Shown here one piece after another: positions 53,532 through 63,620 of a stretch of DNA of 64,000 nucleotides. The position numbers and the translations under genes are program-made. A model generated the notes under the pieces. It had not been told where the DNA came from and searched no databases. It saw only the letters and a program-made list of their open reading frames with translations. The number at the start of each line of letters is the position of its first letter. The first letter of the stretch is position 1. The stretch lies in NCBI GenBank assembly GCA_965116485.1, contig OZ220692.1, positions 2,459,152 to 2,523,151 of the forward strand, read 5' to 3'. Origin of the DNA: Acidimicrobiales bacterium (GTDB lineage Bacteria; Actinomycetota; Acidimicrobiia; Acidimicrobiales; Aldehydirespiratoraceae).

Positions 53532-54859
53532 GACGAACCTCCCACAGCCTCGGCTCGGTGCTGTTGCGCCTGGCGGTGCTGTTGCGCTTGGCGGTGCTGT
53601 TGCGCCTGGCGGTTCAGTTTGGCGTCGACGGCGGACCGCAGATTCTCGCGCACGGCTGTCACGGGCAACGACTCAAGCACCTCATCAAGAAAACCCGCCA
53701 CTATCAGACGTTCAGCCTCGCCGGTCGGAACACCGCGGCTCTCCAGGTAGAACTGCTGCTCGGCATCCACCGGACCGACGGCCGAAGCATGGCTGCAGCG
53801 CACATCGTTGTTCTCGATCTCAAGGTTGGGAACCGACTCGACCCAGGCGTCCTCGCCGAGTTTCAGATTCCGGTTGGTCTGGAAGGCGTTGGTCCCCCGG
53901 GCGTCGGGACGGACTCGAATCAAGCCCGTGTAGATGCTGCGCGACTCATCGCTCACCACACCCTTGTAGAGCAGGTTGGACGTCGTGTCCGCAGCGACAT
54001 GGTCCTGATAGGTGCGAAAGTCGAGTCCCTGCCGACCATCCCCGAAATACAGCGCCAAGAGATCACAGTTCGCACCGCGGCCCACCAGGCGGACATCGGA
54101 TCGGGTACGGGCATAGCCGCCACCGAAAGCCGCGGTGGAAGCGGCGAGCGATGCGTCGCGGCCGGCCCTCGACAACTGCGACGAGAACTGCCACGTTCCC
54201 GAGCCGAGGCTCTGAACGTTGAGATAACCGAGCCGACCGGCAGCGGCCACATCAAGTTCGGTCACCGGACAAACCAGCGAGGGGCCGCTGTCAGAGGTGT
54301 GGTAATCGAGAACTTCCGCCTGGGCATTGGCGCCGACCTCGACGACGATCCGAGGGAACGCGGCGACCCGCTCACCGCAGACGTGGTGGGTCACCACGAT
54401 CGGTCGCTCCACCACAACACCGGACGGCACTCGAATCAGCAGAGGCTCAGCCGCGAAGGCGTCATTGAGAACCGTGAAGTAGTCCGAAGCTTCAGCCGAC
54501 ACCGCACCCAGCAGGACGGATCCGGCATCAGCGCCAGTGAGCGGGCCGACGAACACACCGGCAGCGACAAGCTCGTCAGCGACGTCGACCGAGGTGATCC
54601 GCCCGTTGAGTGTGCGTACCACGGCCGCTGCGTCTATGCCCAAGTCAAGTGTCGGGGCATCGCAAGTCTTAGACGACGGCGCATAGTCGGACAGGTTGAA
54701 TTCCCGAATTGCGCTGTAGCGCCACTCCTCGTCGGCCACGTCCGGCGGCGGCGCCTCCGCAAAAGCCTCGGCTGCGCTGACCCGGCGTTCAACGAGCCAT
54801 GCCGGGCCAGCCAAAGCCCTCGCGGCATCGGTTGAGAATTCAGTCATGGCCCTGCCCAA
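53528..54859 (-). CDS. sufD: Fe-S cluster assembly protein SufD
   Basis: 443-aa ORF between sufB and the Rieske/sufC genes with SufD-like beta-helix sequence. The likelier start is MTEF (ATG 54847). C-terminal QAQQHR x3 extension. Confidence 0.85.
   Translation of the reverse strand: MGRAMTEFSTDAARALAGPAWLVERRVSAAEAFAEAPPPDVADEEWRYSAIREFNLSDYAPSSKTCDAPTLDLGIDAAAVVRTLNGRITSVDVADELVAAGVFVGPLTGADAGSVLLGAVSAEASDYFTVLNDAFAAEPLLIRVPSGVVVERPIVVTHHVCGERVAAFPRIVVEVGANAQAEVLDYHTSDSGPSLVCPVTELDVAAAGRLGYLNVQSLGSGTWQFSSQLSRAGRDASLAASTAAFGGGYARTRSDVRLVGRGANCDLLALYFGDGRQGLDFRTYQDHVAADTTSNLLYKGVVSDESRSIYTGLIRVRPDARGTNAFQTNRNLKLGEDAWVESVPNLEIENNDVRCSHASAVGPVDAEQQFYLESRGVPTGEAERLIVAGFLDEVLESLPVTAVRENLRSAVDAKLNRQAQQHRQAQQHRQAQQHRAEAVGGSS
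53557..53610. repeat. 3 x 18-bp tandem repeat at the 3' end of sufD
   Basis: ggtgctgttgcgc(c/t)tggc occurs three times and encodes RQAQQH repeats. Confidence 0.85.
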
Positions 54860-54969
54860 TACTTCCGGTATTCCGGCCCGAGGGCCTTTAAAACACCGCC
54901 AATGCTACCGCCCACCCACGCGGCTCCCCCTACGCCCGCCTACAACAAAGCACAGGCGCCCGGCAGTCT

Positions 54970-55110
54970 CCGGCCACGCCCGGCAACAACACCGCACAAC
55001 CAACCACGGCCCCGGCCACGCCCGGCAACAAGCAACGCGCCCGACAACACCACACAACCAACCACGGCCCCGGCCACGCCCGGCGACAAGCAACGCGCCC
55101 GGCAACAAGC
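54970..55110. repeat. Complex tandem repeat (about 2.5 copies of a 43-58-bp unit) between sufD and ORF 55115-55492
   Basis: Each unit starts ccggccacgcccggc(a/g)acaa and ends caaccaaccacggcc. Confidence 0.8.
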
Positions 55111-55114
55111 AGAG

Positions 55115-55492
55115 TCAGCGCGGGCGTCGGCGGAGAAAGCGGCCCAGTCCGCGGCGCGCGGCTTTCTGCCGCTCAGCTTCGATCTCCTCCAACACCTCCG
55201 GGGCAGCATCGTTGATGATGTCTTCAGCCGCATCCAGCAACGCTGCGATGCTGTCGTCGGTGCCGAGGCTGGCGGGCTCCTCAGGAGTTGCCGGGGTGAT
55301 CAGCGAACCGTGGCTCCAGTTCACGTCCGCCATGCGCCGGGTGTACTTCGGGCAGTCTTCAGGGCAGCGCCAAGGCGCTTCCGGTGCAAGATCCAGGTCG
55401 CACTTGCGCACCGTGTCGCCGTTGGCATACGTGCGCGACTCGAAGTACTTGCAATCCTGGCGCATTGGCATCCCTCCATTGTCGCGCAGCAA
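55115..55492 (-). CDS. Cys-rich hypothetical protein inserted between sufB and sufD
   Basis: 125-aa ORF: four Cys in CKYFESRTYANGDTVRKCDLDLAPEAPWRCPEDCPKY, an acidic middle and a basic tail. No family recognised. Confidence 0.45.
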   Translation of the reverse strand: MLRDNGGMPMRQDCKYFESRTYANGDTVRKCDLDLAPEAPWRCPEDCPKYTRRMADVNWSHGSLITPATPEEPASLGTDDSIAALLDAAEDIINDAAPEVLEEIEAERQKAARRGLGRFLRRRPR

Positions 55493-55538
55493 TCACGCCG
55501 CGTCACTAACCCGCGCGATCAAACCTGCAGGCAGAGCG

Positions 55539-56960
<1,422 letters not shown>

Positions 56961-57052
56961 GTCGCTCCCAGAGGCGCTGCGGTCTGTATCGGCGGAGAAG
57001 GCTATTTCTCCTATCTAGATAGTAACAACTAAGACCGCGGATACCAAGGTTT

Positions 57053-57571
57053 TCAGTCGATCCGGCGAAGCTGCTCCGGGTAGTACTTGGCGCGCCGCAT
57101 GTAGCTCTCAGAGTTGAGATCGTTGGCCCCCTCCTGGAGTGCGTTCTCGCGAATGCGGGCCGGCACGCCCAGCGCCATAGCCAGAGACGGGACCACCATC
57201 TTGGCGGGAACCAGGGCAGCGGCACCGACCAGCGCCTCCGGGCCGACCACCGCGTCGTGCAACACGACCGAGCCCGTGCCGATCAGTGAGCGGTCGAGGA
57301 CTCGGCAGCCTTCAAGATGAGCCAGATGCCCGATCGTCACATAGTCGCCGACTATCGTCTCGTGGACCTCGGTGCAGTGCAGAACCGCACCGTCTTGGAC
57401 CGATGTACCTCGTCCGATGCTGATCAGGTTGTCGTCGGCGCGGATCACCGCCTGGGCCCAGACAGAACTCCCCTCGCCGATCACCACACTCCCGATGAGC
57501 GTGGCATCCGGATGAATGTAGGCGTCGGGATGTATCTCAGGAACACGGTCACCGAGCGCATAGACAGCCAT
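57053..57571 (-). CDS. Gamma-class carbonic anhydrase family (hexapeptide-repeat) protein
   Basis: 172 aa with a left-handed beta-helix repeat pattern: IHPDATLIGSVVIGEGSSVWAQAVIRADDN. Confidence 0.85.
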   Translation of the reverse strand: MAVYALGDRVPEIHPDAYIHPDATLIGSVVIGEGSSVWAQAVIRADDNLISIGRGTSVQDGAVLHCTEVHETIVGDYVTIGHLAHLEGCRVLDRSLIGTGSVVLHDAVVGPEALVGAAALVPAKMVVPSLAMALGVPARIRENALQEGANDLNSESYMRRAKYYPEQLRRID

Positions 57572-58050
57572 CAGAGCCTCTCGAAACGACCGTAGCCGCC
57601 GCGGAAGAACAGCAGCGGACCCGTGTCGTTCTCGGTCGAGAGCGCTTTCACGAGACCGACCACGATGTGGTGGTCACCTCCGTCGTGGACGGCGTGGACC
57701 TCACAGTCGATCCAGGCGATCGATCCGCTGATGACCGGCGAGCCCGTGACCCTGGTGCTCCATTCGATACCGGCGAACTTGTCTTCTGACTTGCTCGCGA
57801 AGACGCCGCACACCTCGGCCTGGTCGTCGCCGAGCACGTTCACGCAGAACCTGTCCGTGGTGGACATCCGCTCCCAGGTCGAAGACTCCTTGCCGGGGCA
57901 GAACATCACCAGAGGCGGCTCCAGCGACACGCTCGCGAACGATCCGATCGCCATGCCCACGGGACCCTCGCCGGTGGGTGCTGTCACTACGGTGACGCCC
58001 GTGGGAAAGTGGCCGAGCACCCGTCGGAACTCACTCGGGTCGATGGACAT
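57571..58050 (-). CDS. Flavin reductase family protein
   Basis: 159 aa with FRRVLGHFPTGVTVVTA. Confidence 0.8.
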   Translation of the reverse strand: MSIDPSEFRRVLGHFPTGVTVVTAPTGEGPVGMAIGSFASVSLEPPLVMFCPGKESSTWERMSTTDRFCVNVLGDDQAEVCGVFASKSEDKFAGIEWSTRVTGSPVISGSIAWIDCEVHAVHDGGDHHIVVGLVKALSTENDTGPLLFFRGGYGRFERL

Positions 58051-58060
58051 CAGACGCCTT

Positions 58061-58981
58061 CTATGTCCGGACGGACTGCTCGAACAGGCCGGCGAAGGAC
58101 TCGCACGCAGCGGGGAGGGTCAAGCTGGTTCCCTCGGTGGCCGCCAGTACCGTGTCCACCCCCACCTCAGAGCCCCGTTCGCGCAGGCGGGCGCTCATCT
58201 CATCAACCGAGGCGTCGTCGTGCGCGGGGTCGTGGTGAAACAACACCAAGGTTTTGGCACCGGACTGACGGGCGACTTCCAGCGCATACTCGGGCGTGCT
58301 GTGACCCCAGGCCTGTTTCATCTCTAATTCGTCGGGCCACAGTTGGCCGTCGTGAATCAACAGGTCGGCGCCGGCGCACAGTTCAAGAACGGCCTCATCG
58401 ACATGTGTCGGGTCACCGATCGGCTCCTGGTGATCAGGAATGTAGGCGATCGACAGACCAAGGAGATCGAGCCGGTAGCCGTTGGTAGTGCCGACATGGG
58501 GCACCGGCCTCGACATCACCGAGGCAGGACCCACAGCAAAGTCGCTGTCGCAGACGTCGTGGAACTTGATGGTCGCAGGCAGGTCGGCGGTCCGGATCGG
58601 GAAGAACGGCGGGGCGATGAACCGGCCGAACGCCTCGGCCAGGGACTCGCCGCGTTCAGCGCAGCCGTAGATGTTGAGCGTGGTGTCCCCGCACAGCAAA
58701 GGCGCGAAGAACGGCAGGCCCTGAATGTGGTCCCAGTGCAGATGAGTGACCAGGGCGTGCAGCGTCAATCCGCTCTGCTGCGACATCGAACAGCCCCACG
58801 GGCGCAGGCCCGTACCCAGGTCCAAGACGATCGGGTCGTGACCGGCAGTCTCGACCGAGACACAACTCGTGTTGCCGCCGTAGCGCTGCACCGTCGGACA
58901 ACTGCACGGTGTCGAACCACGAACGCCGTGGAACGACACGACTACGGTCTCCTGCGTCTCCCCGATTGACTTTGCCCCCAT
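58061..58981 (-). CDS. MBL-fold metallo-hydrolase
   Basis: LVTHLHWDHIQGLPFF (HxHxDH motif). Confidence 0.75.
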   Translation of the reverse strand: MGAKSIGETQETVVVSFHGVRGSTPCSCPTVQRYGGNTSCVSVETAGHDPIVLDLGTGLRPWGCSMSQQSGLTLHALVTHLHWDHIQGLPFFAPLLCGDTTLNIYGCAERGESLAEAFGRFIAPPFFPIRTADLPATIKFHDVCDSDFAVGPASVMSRPVPHVGTTNGYRLDLLGLSIAYIPDHQEPIGDPTHVDEAVLELCAGADLLIHDGQLWPDELEMKQAWGHSTPEYALEVARQSGAKTLVLFHHDPAHDDASVDEMSARLRERGSEVGVDTVLAATEGTSLTLPAACESFAGLFEQSVRT

Positions 58982-59084
58982 TGACTTTGCACCGTACGCG
59001 AGCCGACCGGCGTCGCATACCGAGTGTGACAGATGTCGCTTCTGTCAGCGTGACCGCCAACTTCTGGTATGCCACAGTTGGCGG

Positions 59085-60533
59085 GTGCCCGACACCAACG
59101 CCGCTGCGCTCCCCGACGGTCTGGTGGCCGTTGTCAAAAAGGACTGCCCGACTTGTGTGCTGGTCGCGCCGGTGCTTGCCACAATCGCCGAGAGCGTCGG
59201 AGTCACCGTGATCACCCAGGACGACCCCGACTTTCCCCAGAGCGCCGACTGGGTCACCCACGACGTGGACCTCGCTCTGTCGTGGCACAACCAGATCGAG
59301 ACGGTGCCCACTCTGCTGCGCGTGAACGACGGTTCCGAAGCCGACCGCATAGTCGGCTGGTCACAGAAAGCCTGGGAAGAGTTCACCGGGCTCAGCGGGC
59401 TCGGAACCGACCTCCCGGAGTTCCGACCCGGGTGCGGATCGCTCAGCGTCGACCCCAGTATCAGCGATGAGCTCGCGGTGCGGTTCTCTGGCTCAACCCT
59501 TGCGAGTCGACGGATCCAGCTCGCCGCTCTGGAGGACGACATCGAAGCGATGTTCGACCGCGGCTTCAGTGACGGCATGCCGGTCGTGCCTCCGACCGAG
59601 GCGCGCGTGCTGCGGATGCTCGAAGGCACGAGCCGCGCGCCGGGCGAGCCAGTGGCCGTCGTGCCACCCGACCTGGTCGACTGCACCGTCGAGAAGGTGG
59701 CGATCAACGCAGTAATGGCCGGATGCAAGCCCGAGTATCTGCCCGTGGTGCTCAGCGCGGTCGAAGCGGCATGCACCGACGAGTTCAACATGCACGGACT
59801 GCTGGCCACGACCATGCCGGTGGGTCCGGTCCTCATCGTCAACGGACCGATCCGCCACGAGATCAACATGAACAGCGGTCTCAACCTGCTGGGTCAGGGG
59901 AACCGCGCCAACAGCACCATCGGTCGTGCTCTTCAGCTTGTCATTCGCAACGTCGGCGGAGGCAAGCCCGGAGGCGTCGACCGGGCCACGCAGGGCAGCC
60001 CCTCGAAGATCGGGCTGTGCTTCGCCGAGGACGAAGAGGGCAGCGCCTTCGACACCTTCGCCGAGTCCCGCGGTTTCAGCCGCGACGTCTCGGTCGTCAC
60101 CCTGTTCCCCGGAGAAGGCCCCCGGCTCATGTTCGACCAGAAGTCGCGATCGCCCGAATCACTCACCAAGCACTTCGCCGAGATGCTGCGAGCCAACGTC
60201 AGCCCGAGAATGGTCATGCAGATGGAGACCGTGATCGTGATGAGTCCCGAACACATGGCCCGCTACCGCGACGCAGGTTGGGACCGCGCCCGCTTTCTGG
60301 CCGAACTGGAAGCGCTGCTGATGATCGACGCCGACGACATCATCGCCGGCTCAGGTGGGATCGAAGAGGGAATGCCCACATTCCTGGCAGGTCATCAACT
60401 GCCGAAGTTCCCTCCCGGAGGGATTCATGTCGTTCACGGAGGCAGCCACGCCGGCTTGTTCTCCAGCACGATCGCCGGCTGGGTGAGCGGCTCAACCGGT
60501 AGCGTGACCGTAACAAAGGAGATCACTCGATGA
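59085..60533 (+). CDS. Thioredoxin-like (CPTC) N-terminal domain fused to a large domain of unknown function
   Basis: 482 aa. VKKDCPTCVLV is CxxC in a Trx-like context. The remaining 350 aa or so were not recognised. ATGA overlap with the downstream UGSC ORF. Confidence 0.5.
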   Translation: MPDTNAAALPDGLVAVVKKDCPTCVLVAPVLATIAESVGVTVITQDDPDFPQSADWVTHDVDLALSWHNQIETVPTLLRVNDGSEADRIVGWSQKAWEEFTGLSGLGTDLPEFRPGCGSLSVDPSISDELAVRFSGSTLASRRIQLAALEDDIEAMFDRGFSDGMPVVPPTEARVLRMLEGTSRAPGEPVAVVPPDLVDCTVEKVAINAVMAGCKPEYLPVVLSAVEAACTDEFNMHGLLATTMPVGPVLIVNGPIRHEINMNSGLNLLGQGNRANSTIGRALQLVIRNVGGGKPGGVDRATQGSPSKIGLCFAEDEEGSAFDTFAESRGFSRDVSVVTLFPGEGPRLMFDQKSRSPESLTKHFAEMLRANVSPRMVMQMETVIVMSPEHMARYRDAGWDRARFLAELEALLMIDADDIIAGSGGIEEGMPTFLAGHQLPKFPPGGIHVVHGGSHAGLFSSTIAGWVSGSTGSVTVTKEITR

Positions 60534-61048
60534 CCGTTGTTCTTGATCCCACGTCCGAGTTGCGGCCTACGACACGTGAGCGTGTCGCTCGACCCGAGTC
60601 TCTCAACGGGCTGACAGTCGGGCTGCTCGACATCTCCAAACCCCGCGGAGACATTTTTCTCGACCGCGTGGAGGAGAGGCTGACCGGTCTCGGCGCCAAC
60701 GTGAAGCGCTTCAAGAAGCCGACGTTCACCAAGCCCGCGCCGGTCGATCTGCGCCATGAGATCGCTGTTTCCTGCGATGCGGTGATTGAAGCACTGGCCG
60801 ATTGAGGTTCCTGCACGACGTGCAGTGTGCACGACATCAACGATCTCGAACTCCGGGGCGTTCCGGGGGTGTTCGTTGCCACCGTCGAGTTCGCCGACGG
60901 AGCAGAGCAGCAGAGCAGGAGCCTCGGAGGCGATATTGCTCATGTCTTGACCGAGCACCCCATCCAGGACCGCACCGATTCAGAGATGGTCGCAATTGCC
61001 GACCGCGCGATCGACACACTGTTGAGCTCGCTCACCGGCCCCGGCTGA
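60530..61048 (+). CDS. Candidate UGSC-motif selenoprotein (in-frame TGA at 60803)
   Basis: ORFs 60530-60805 and 60827-61048 share one frame. Read-through gives ...VIEALAD-U-GSCTTCSVHDINDLELRGVPGVFVAT..., that is a U-G-S-C motif. Confidence 0.6.
60819..60833 (+). promoter_or_regulatory. Candidate SECIS hairpin
   Basis: cgtgca-GTG-tgcacg: 6-bp perfect stem. The loop G and U fall at +23/+24 from the U of TGA, the geometry known for E. coli fdhF. A competing hairpin ctgcac-gac-gtgcag lies at 60811-60825. Confidence 0.45.
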
Positions 61049-61065
61049 CCCCCGACTCCCCGCCC

Positions 61066-61200
61066 TAGCCGCGAAGCCAGGTACCGGCCTGCAAGTCACG
61101 TACTGGCCGGCAATTCACGTAGCCGCGAAGTCTGAAACCCGCCGTAGCAGCGAAGCCAGGTACTGGCCAGAAGTCACGTACTGGCCCAGCAGGTTACGTG
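61066..61200. repeat. Two copies of an imperfect 55-bp unit with internal hairpins, in a convergent intergenic region
   Basis: tagc(c/a)gcgaagccaggtac(c/t)ggcc...gtcacgtactggcc... occurs at about 61066-61120 and 61144-61200. The units contain ccggcc...ggccgg and ggccag...ctggcc stems. Confidence 0.7.
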
Positions 61201-62960
61201 TATTCGGCGTACTTCTCCAGGTAACGGACCGGGCGGCTCAGAGCGTCCTTGCGGAAGGGGTCGCCGAGTTCCTTGGTGGTCATGACTTCGATCACGGTGG
61301 TCTGACGTTTCGTCATCTGGTCGTCGATCGCCCGTTCCAGCACCGGACCGACGTCGTCGAGAAGATCCACCCGAACGCCCTTCGCTCCCATCGCTTGAGC
61401 AATCTCCGCGTAGTTCTCTCCGCCTTCGAGCTCTCCGGCCACGAAACGGCGACCGTAGAAATCAACCTGGTTCTTCTTCTCGGCACCCCATTGGCGATTG
61501 TGGAACACCACCGCGGTGATCGGAATGTCGTGGCGCACCGCGGTCATCACCTCGACCATGCTCATCGCCCAAGCACCGTCACCGGCGTAGGCGACCGCCG
61601 GACGATCATCGGCGGCCTTCTTGGCACCGATGATGGTCGGCAGCGCATAACCGCAGTTGCCCCAGCTCATGGCTGCGAAGAACGACCGGGGCTCTTCGAA
61701 GCGCAGGTAGCTGTTGGACACCGAGTTGATGTTGCCGATGTCGGTCGACACCATCACCCGAGCCGGCATGGACTTCTCCAGTTCCCGCAGCACCTGGCGT
61801 GGGTGCAGCCAACTGCCTTCCTCGGCTGCCGCCTCCTTGATCATGTCGATGCTGAAGTCGTCGGTCTCCTCGGTCCAATCGTCGAGCTCTGCTTCCCAAG
61901 CGGTCTTCTCGGCGACCATCGTCGAGGTTCGCTCGGCACGGTTCTGGTCGGCCACAAGGGTGCGTTCGGCCAGCCGTGCGGTCAACGCGGCAGCCGCGGC
62001 AGCCGCATCGCCACAGATCCCGACATCGATCTTCTTGACCAGACCCAGCATCTTCGCGTCGGCATCAACCTGAATGATCTTGGCGTCTGTGGGCCAATAG
62101 TCGAGATCATGCTGGGGCAACGTGCCGAATGGGCCCAGCCGGGTGCCGAGCGCCAACACGACGTCGGCCTGAGCGATCAGCTTCATCGCCGCCTTCGAGC
62201 CCTGGTAGCCGAGCGGTCCACACCATTGCGGGTGGCTGGCCGGGAACGAGTCATTGTGCAGGTAGCTGTTGACCACGGGGCAGCCGAGTCTTTCGGCCAA
62301 GGCCACCGCTTCGGCCATGCCGTCTGCCATCACCACTCCGCCGCCGCTGATCATCACCGGGAACCGGGCTCCGGCGAGAAGGTCGGCCGCCTCGTTGAGC
62401 GTGCGCTCGCCTCCGGGACCCCGGTCGAGCCGCATGGGCGTCGGAATATCCACGTTTATGTCGCCGTAGAAGCGGTCGCGAGGGATGTTGAGCTGGGTGG
62501 GACCCATCTCCGACAGCGCCCGGTCGAAGCAGCGAGCCGTGATCTCAGCCATCCGGTTCTCGTTGTTGATGTGCCCCTGATACTTGGTGAACTCCTCGAA
62601 CATCGGAAGCTGGTTCGCTTCTTGAAAGCCACCGAGCCCCATACCCATCGTCCCCGCCTCGGGGGTGACGATGACAACCGGACTGTGCGCCCAGAACGCT
62701 GCGGCAACGGCGGTCACGCAGTTGGAGATGCCCGGGCCGTTCTGTCCGATGACGACGCCATGGCGGCCGCTGACCCGCGCATAGCCGTCGGCCATGTGTG
62801 CAGCACCCTGCTCGTGTACGACCGGCAGCAACTCGATGCCGGCGGGTTCAAAGATGTCCATGGCGTCCATGAACGCGCTGCCCATAATGCCGAAGACCGT
62901 CGTTACACCGTTGGCCACCATCGTCTCAACGAACGCTTCGCTGGGGGTCATCCGGGTCAT
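61194..62960 (-). CDS. xsc: Sulfoacetaldehyde acetyltransferase-like TPP enzyme (Xsc)
   Basis: Start MTRMTPSEAFVETM (ATG 62960 after ggaggaaac). IPRDRFYGDINVDIP and GPLGYQGSKAAMKLIAQADVVLALGTRLGPFGTLPQHDLDYWP closely follow the Xsc sequences I recall. A pta gene lies nearby. Confidence 0.7.
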   Translation of the reverse strand: MTRMTPSEAFVETMVANGVTTVFGIMGSAFMDAMDIFEPAGIELLPVVHEQGAAHMADGYARVSGRHGVVIGQNGPGISNCVTAVAAAFWAHSPVVIVTPEAGTMGMGLGGFQEANQLPMFEEFTKYQGHINNENRMAEITARCFDRALSEMGPTQLNIPRDRFYGDINVDIPTPMRLDRGPGGERTLNEAADLLAGARFPVMISGGGVVMADGMAEAVALAERLGCPVVNSYLHNDSFPASHPQWCGPLGYQGSKAAMKLIAQADVVLALGTRLGPFGTLPQHDLDYWPTDAKIIQVDADAKMLGLVKKIDVGICGDAAAAAAALTARLAERTLVADQNRAERTSTMVAEKTAWEAELDDWTEETDDFSIDMIKEAAAEEGSWLHPRQVLRELEKSMPARVMVSTDIGNINSVSNSYLRFEEPRSFFAAMSWGNCGYALPTIIGAKKAADDRPAVAYAGDGAWAMSMVEVMTAVRHDIPITAVVFHNRQWGAEKKNQVDFYGRRFVAGELEGGENYAEIAQAMGAKGVRVDLLDDVGPVLERAIDDQMTKRQTTVIEVMTTKELGDPFRKDALSRPVRYLEKYAEYT

Positions 62961-63014
62961 GTTTCCTCCAATCCGTACAGGTTGTAAGAGCCTATAACTG
63001 ATGTGCAAGACTGT

Positions 63015-63590
63015 CTATCGCTCCAGGCGGCGAATCCCCGCGATCAAGAGTTCCAAAAGGTGGTCGAACGTGTCATCGAGGTCATGTTCGTGGGGATGCC
63101 CGTCGCCAGACTCCAGATGGGAGAATCCGTGAAAAGAGCTCCGCAGACCACGCGCCACATGAACCCGCTCGTCCTCATCGATGCTGAAGCTCCCCAGCGC
63201 TCGAGCAATGACCGCGACGATCCGCTCGACCGCTTCTTCAAGCTCGACGTCACCCGCACAGGGGTATCGGTCGGTGGCGGCGTACAAACCGGGGTGAGTG
63301 CGCACTACCTCCCGCCAAGCCCGACCGATGGCTACGACAGCATCCTCGCCTGACACTCCGATGGCCGCCTCGGTGAGCGAACCGGCGAGTTTCTCACGGC
63401 CTCTCAAAGCGAGCAGCTTGACAAGATCGTCGTAGCCGTCGACATGCCGATACAGCGCCGGCTGGCGAACGCCGAGTTCGTCGGCCACGCGGGTGAGGGT
63501 GACCGCGTCGAACCCCTCCCTGTCCGCGATTTCTGAGGCGCATTCAATGACTTGCGCTTTGTCCAGAGTCCGCCGAAGGGGTCCGGTCAT
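63015..63590 (-). CDS. TetR-family transcriptional regulator
   Basis: LTRVADELGVRQPALYRHV is an HTH motif. 191 aa. Confidence 0.8.
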   Translation of the reverse strand: MTGPLRRTLDKAQVIECASEIADREGFDAVTLTRVADELGVRQPALYRHVDGYDDLVKLLALRGREKLAGSLTEAAIGVSGEDAVVAIGRAWREVVRTHPGLYAATDRYPCAGDVELEEAVERIVAVIARALGSFSIDEDERVHVARGLRSSFHGFSHLESGDGHPHEHDLDDTFDHLLELLIAGIRRLER

Positions 63591-63620
63591 GCGTTAGAAA
63601 CTATCACCATAACGTTAGAC

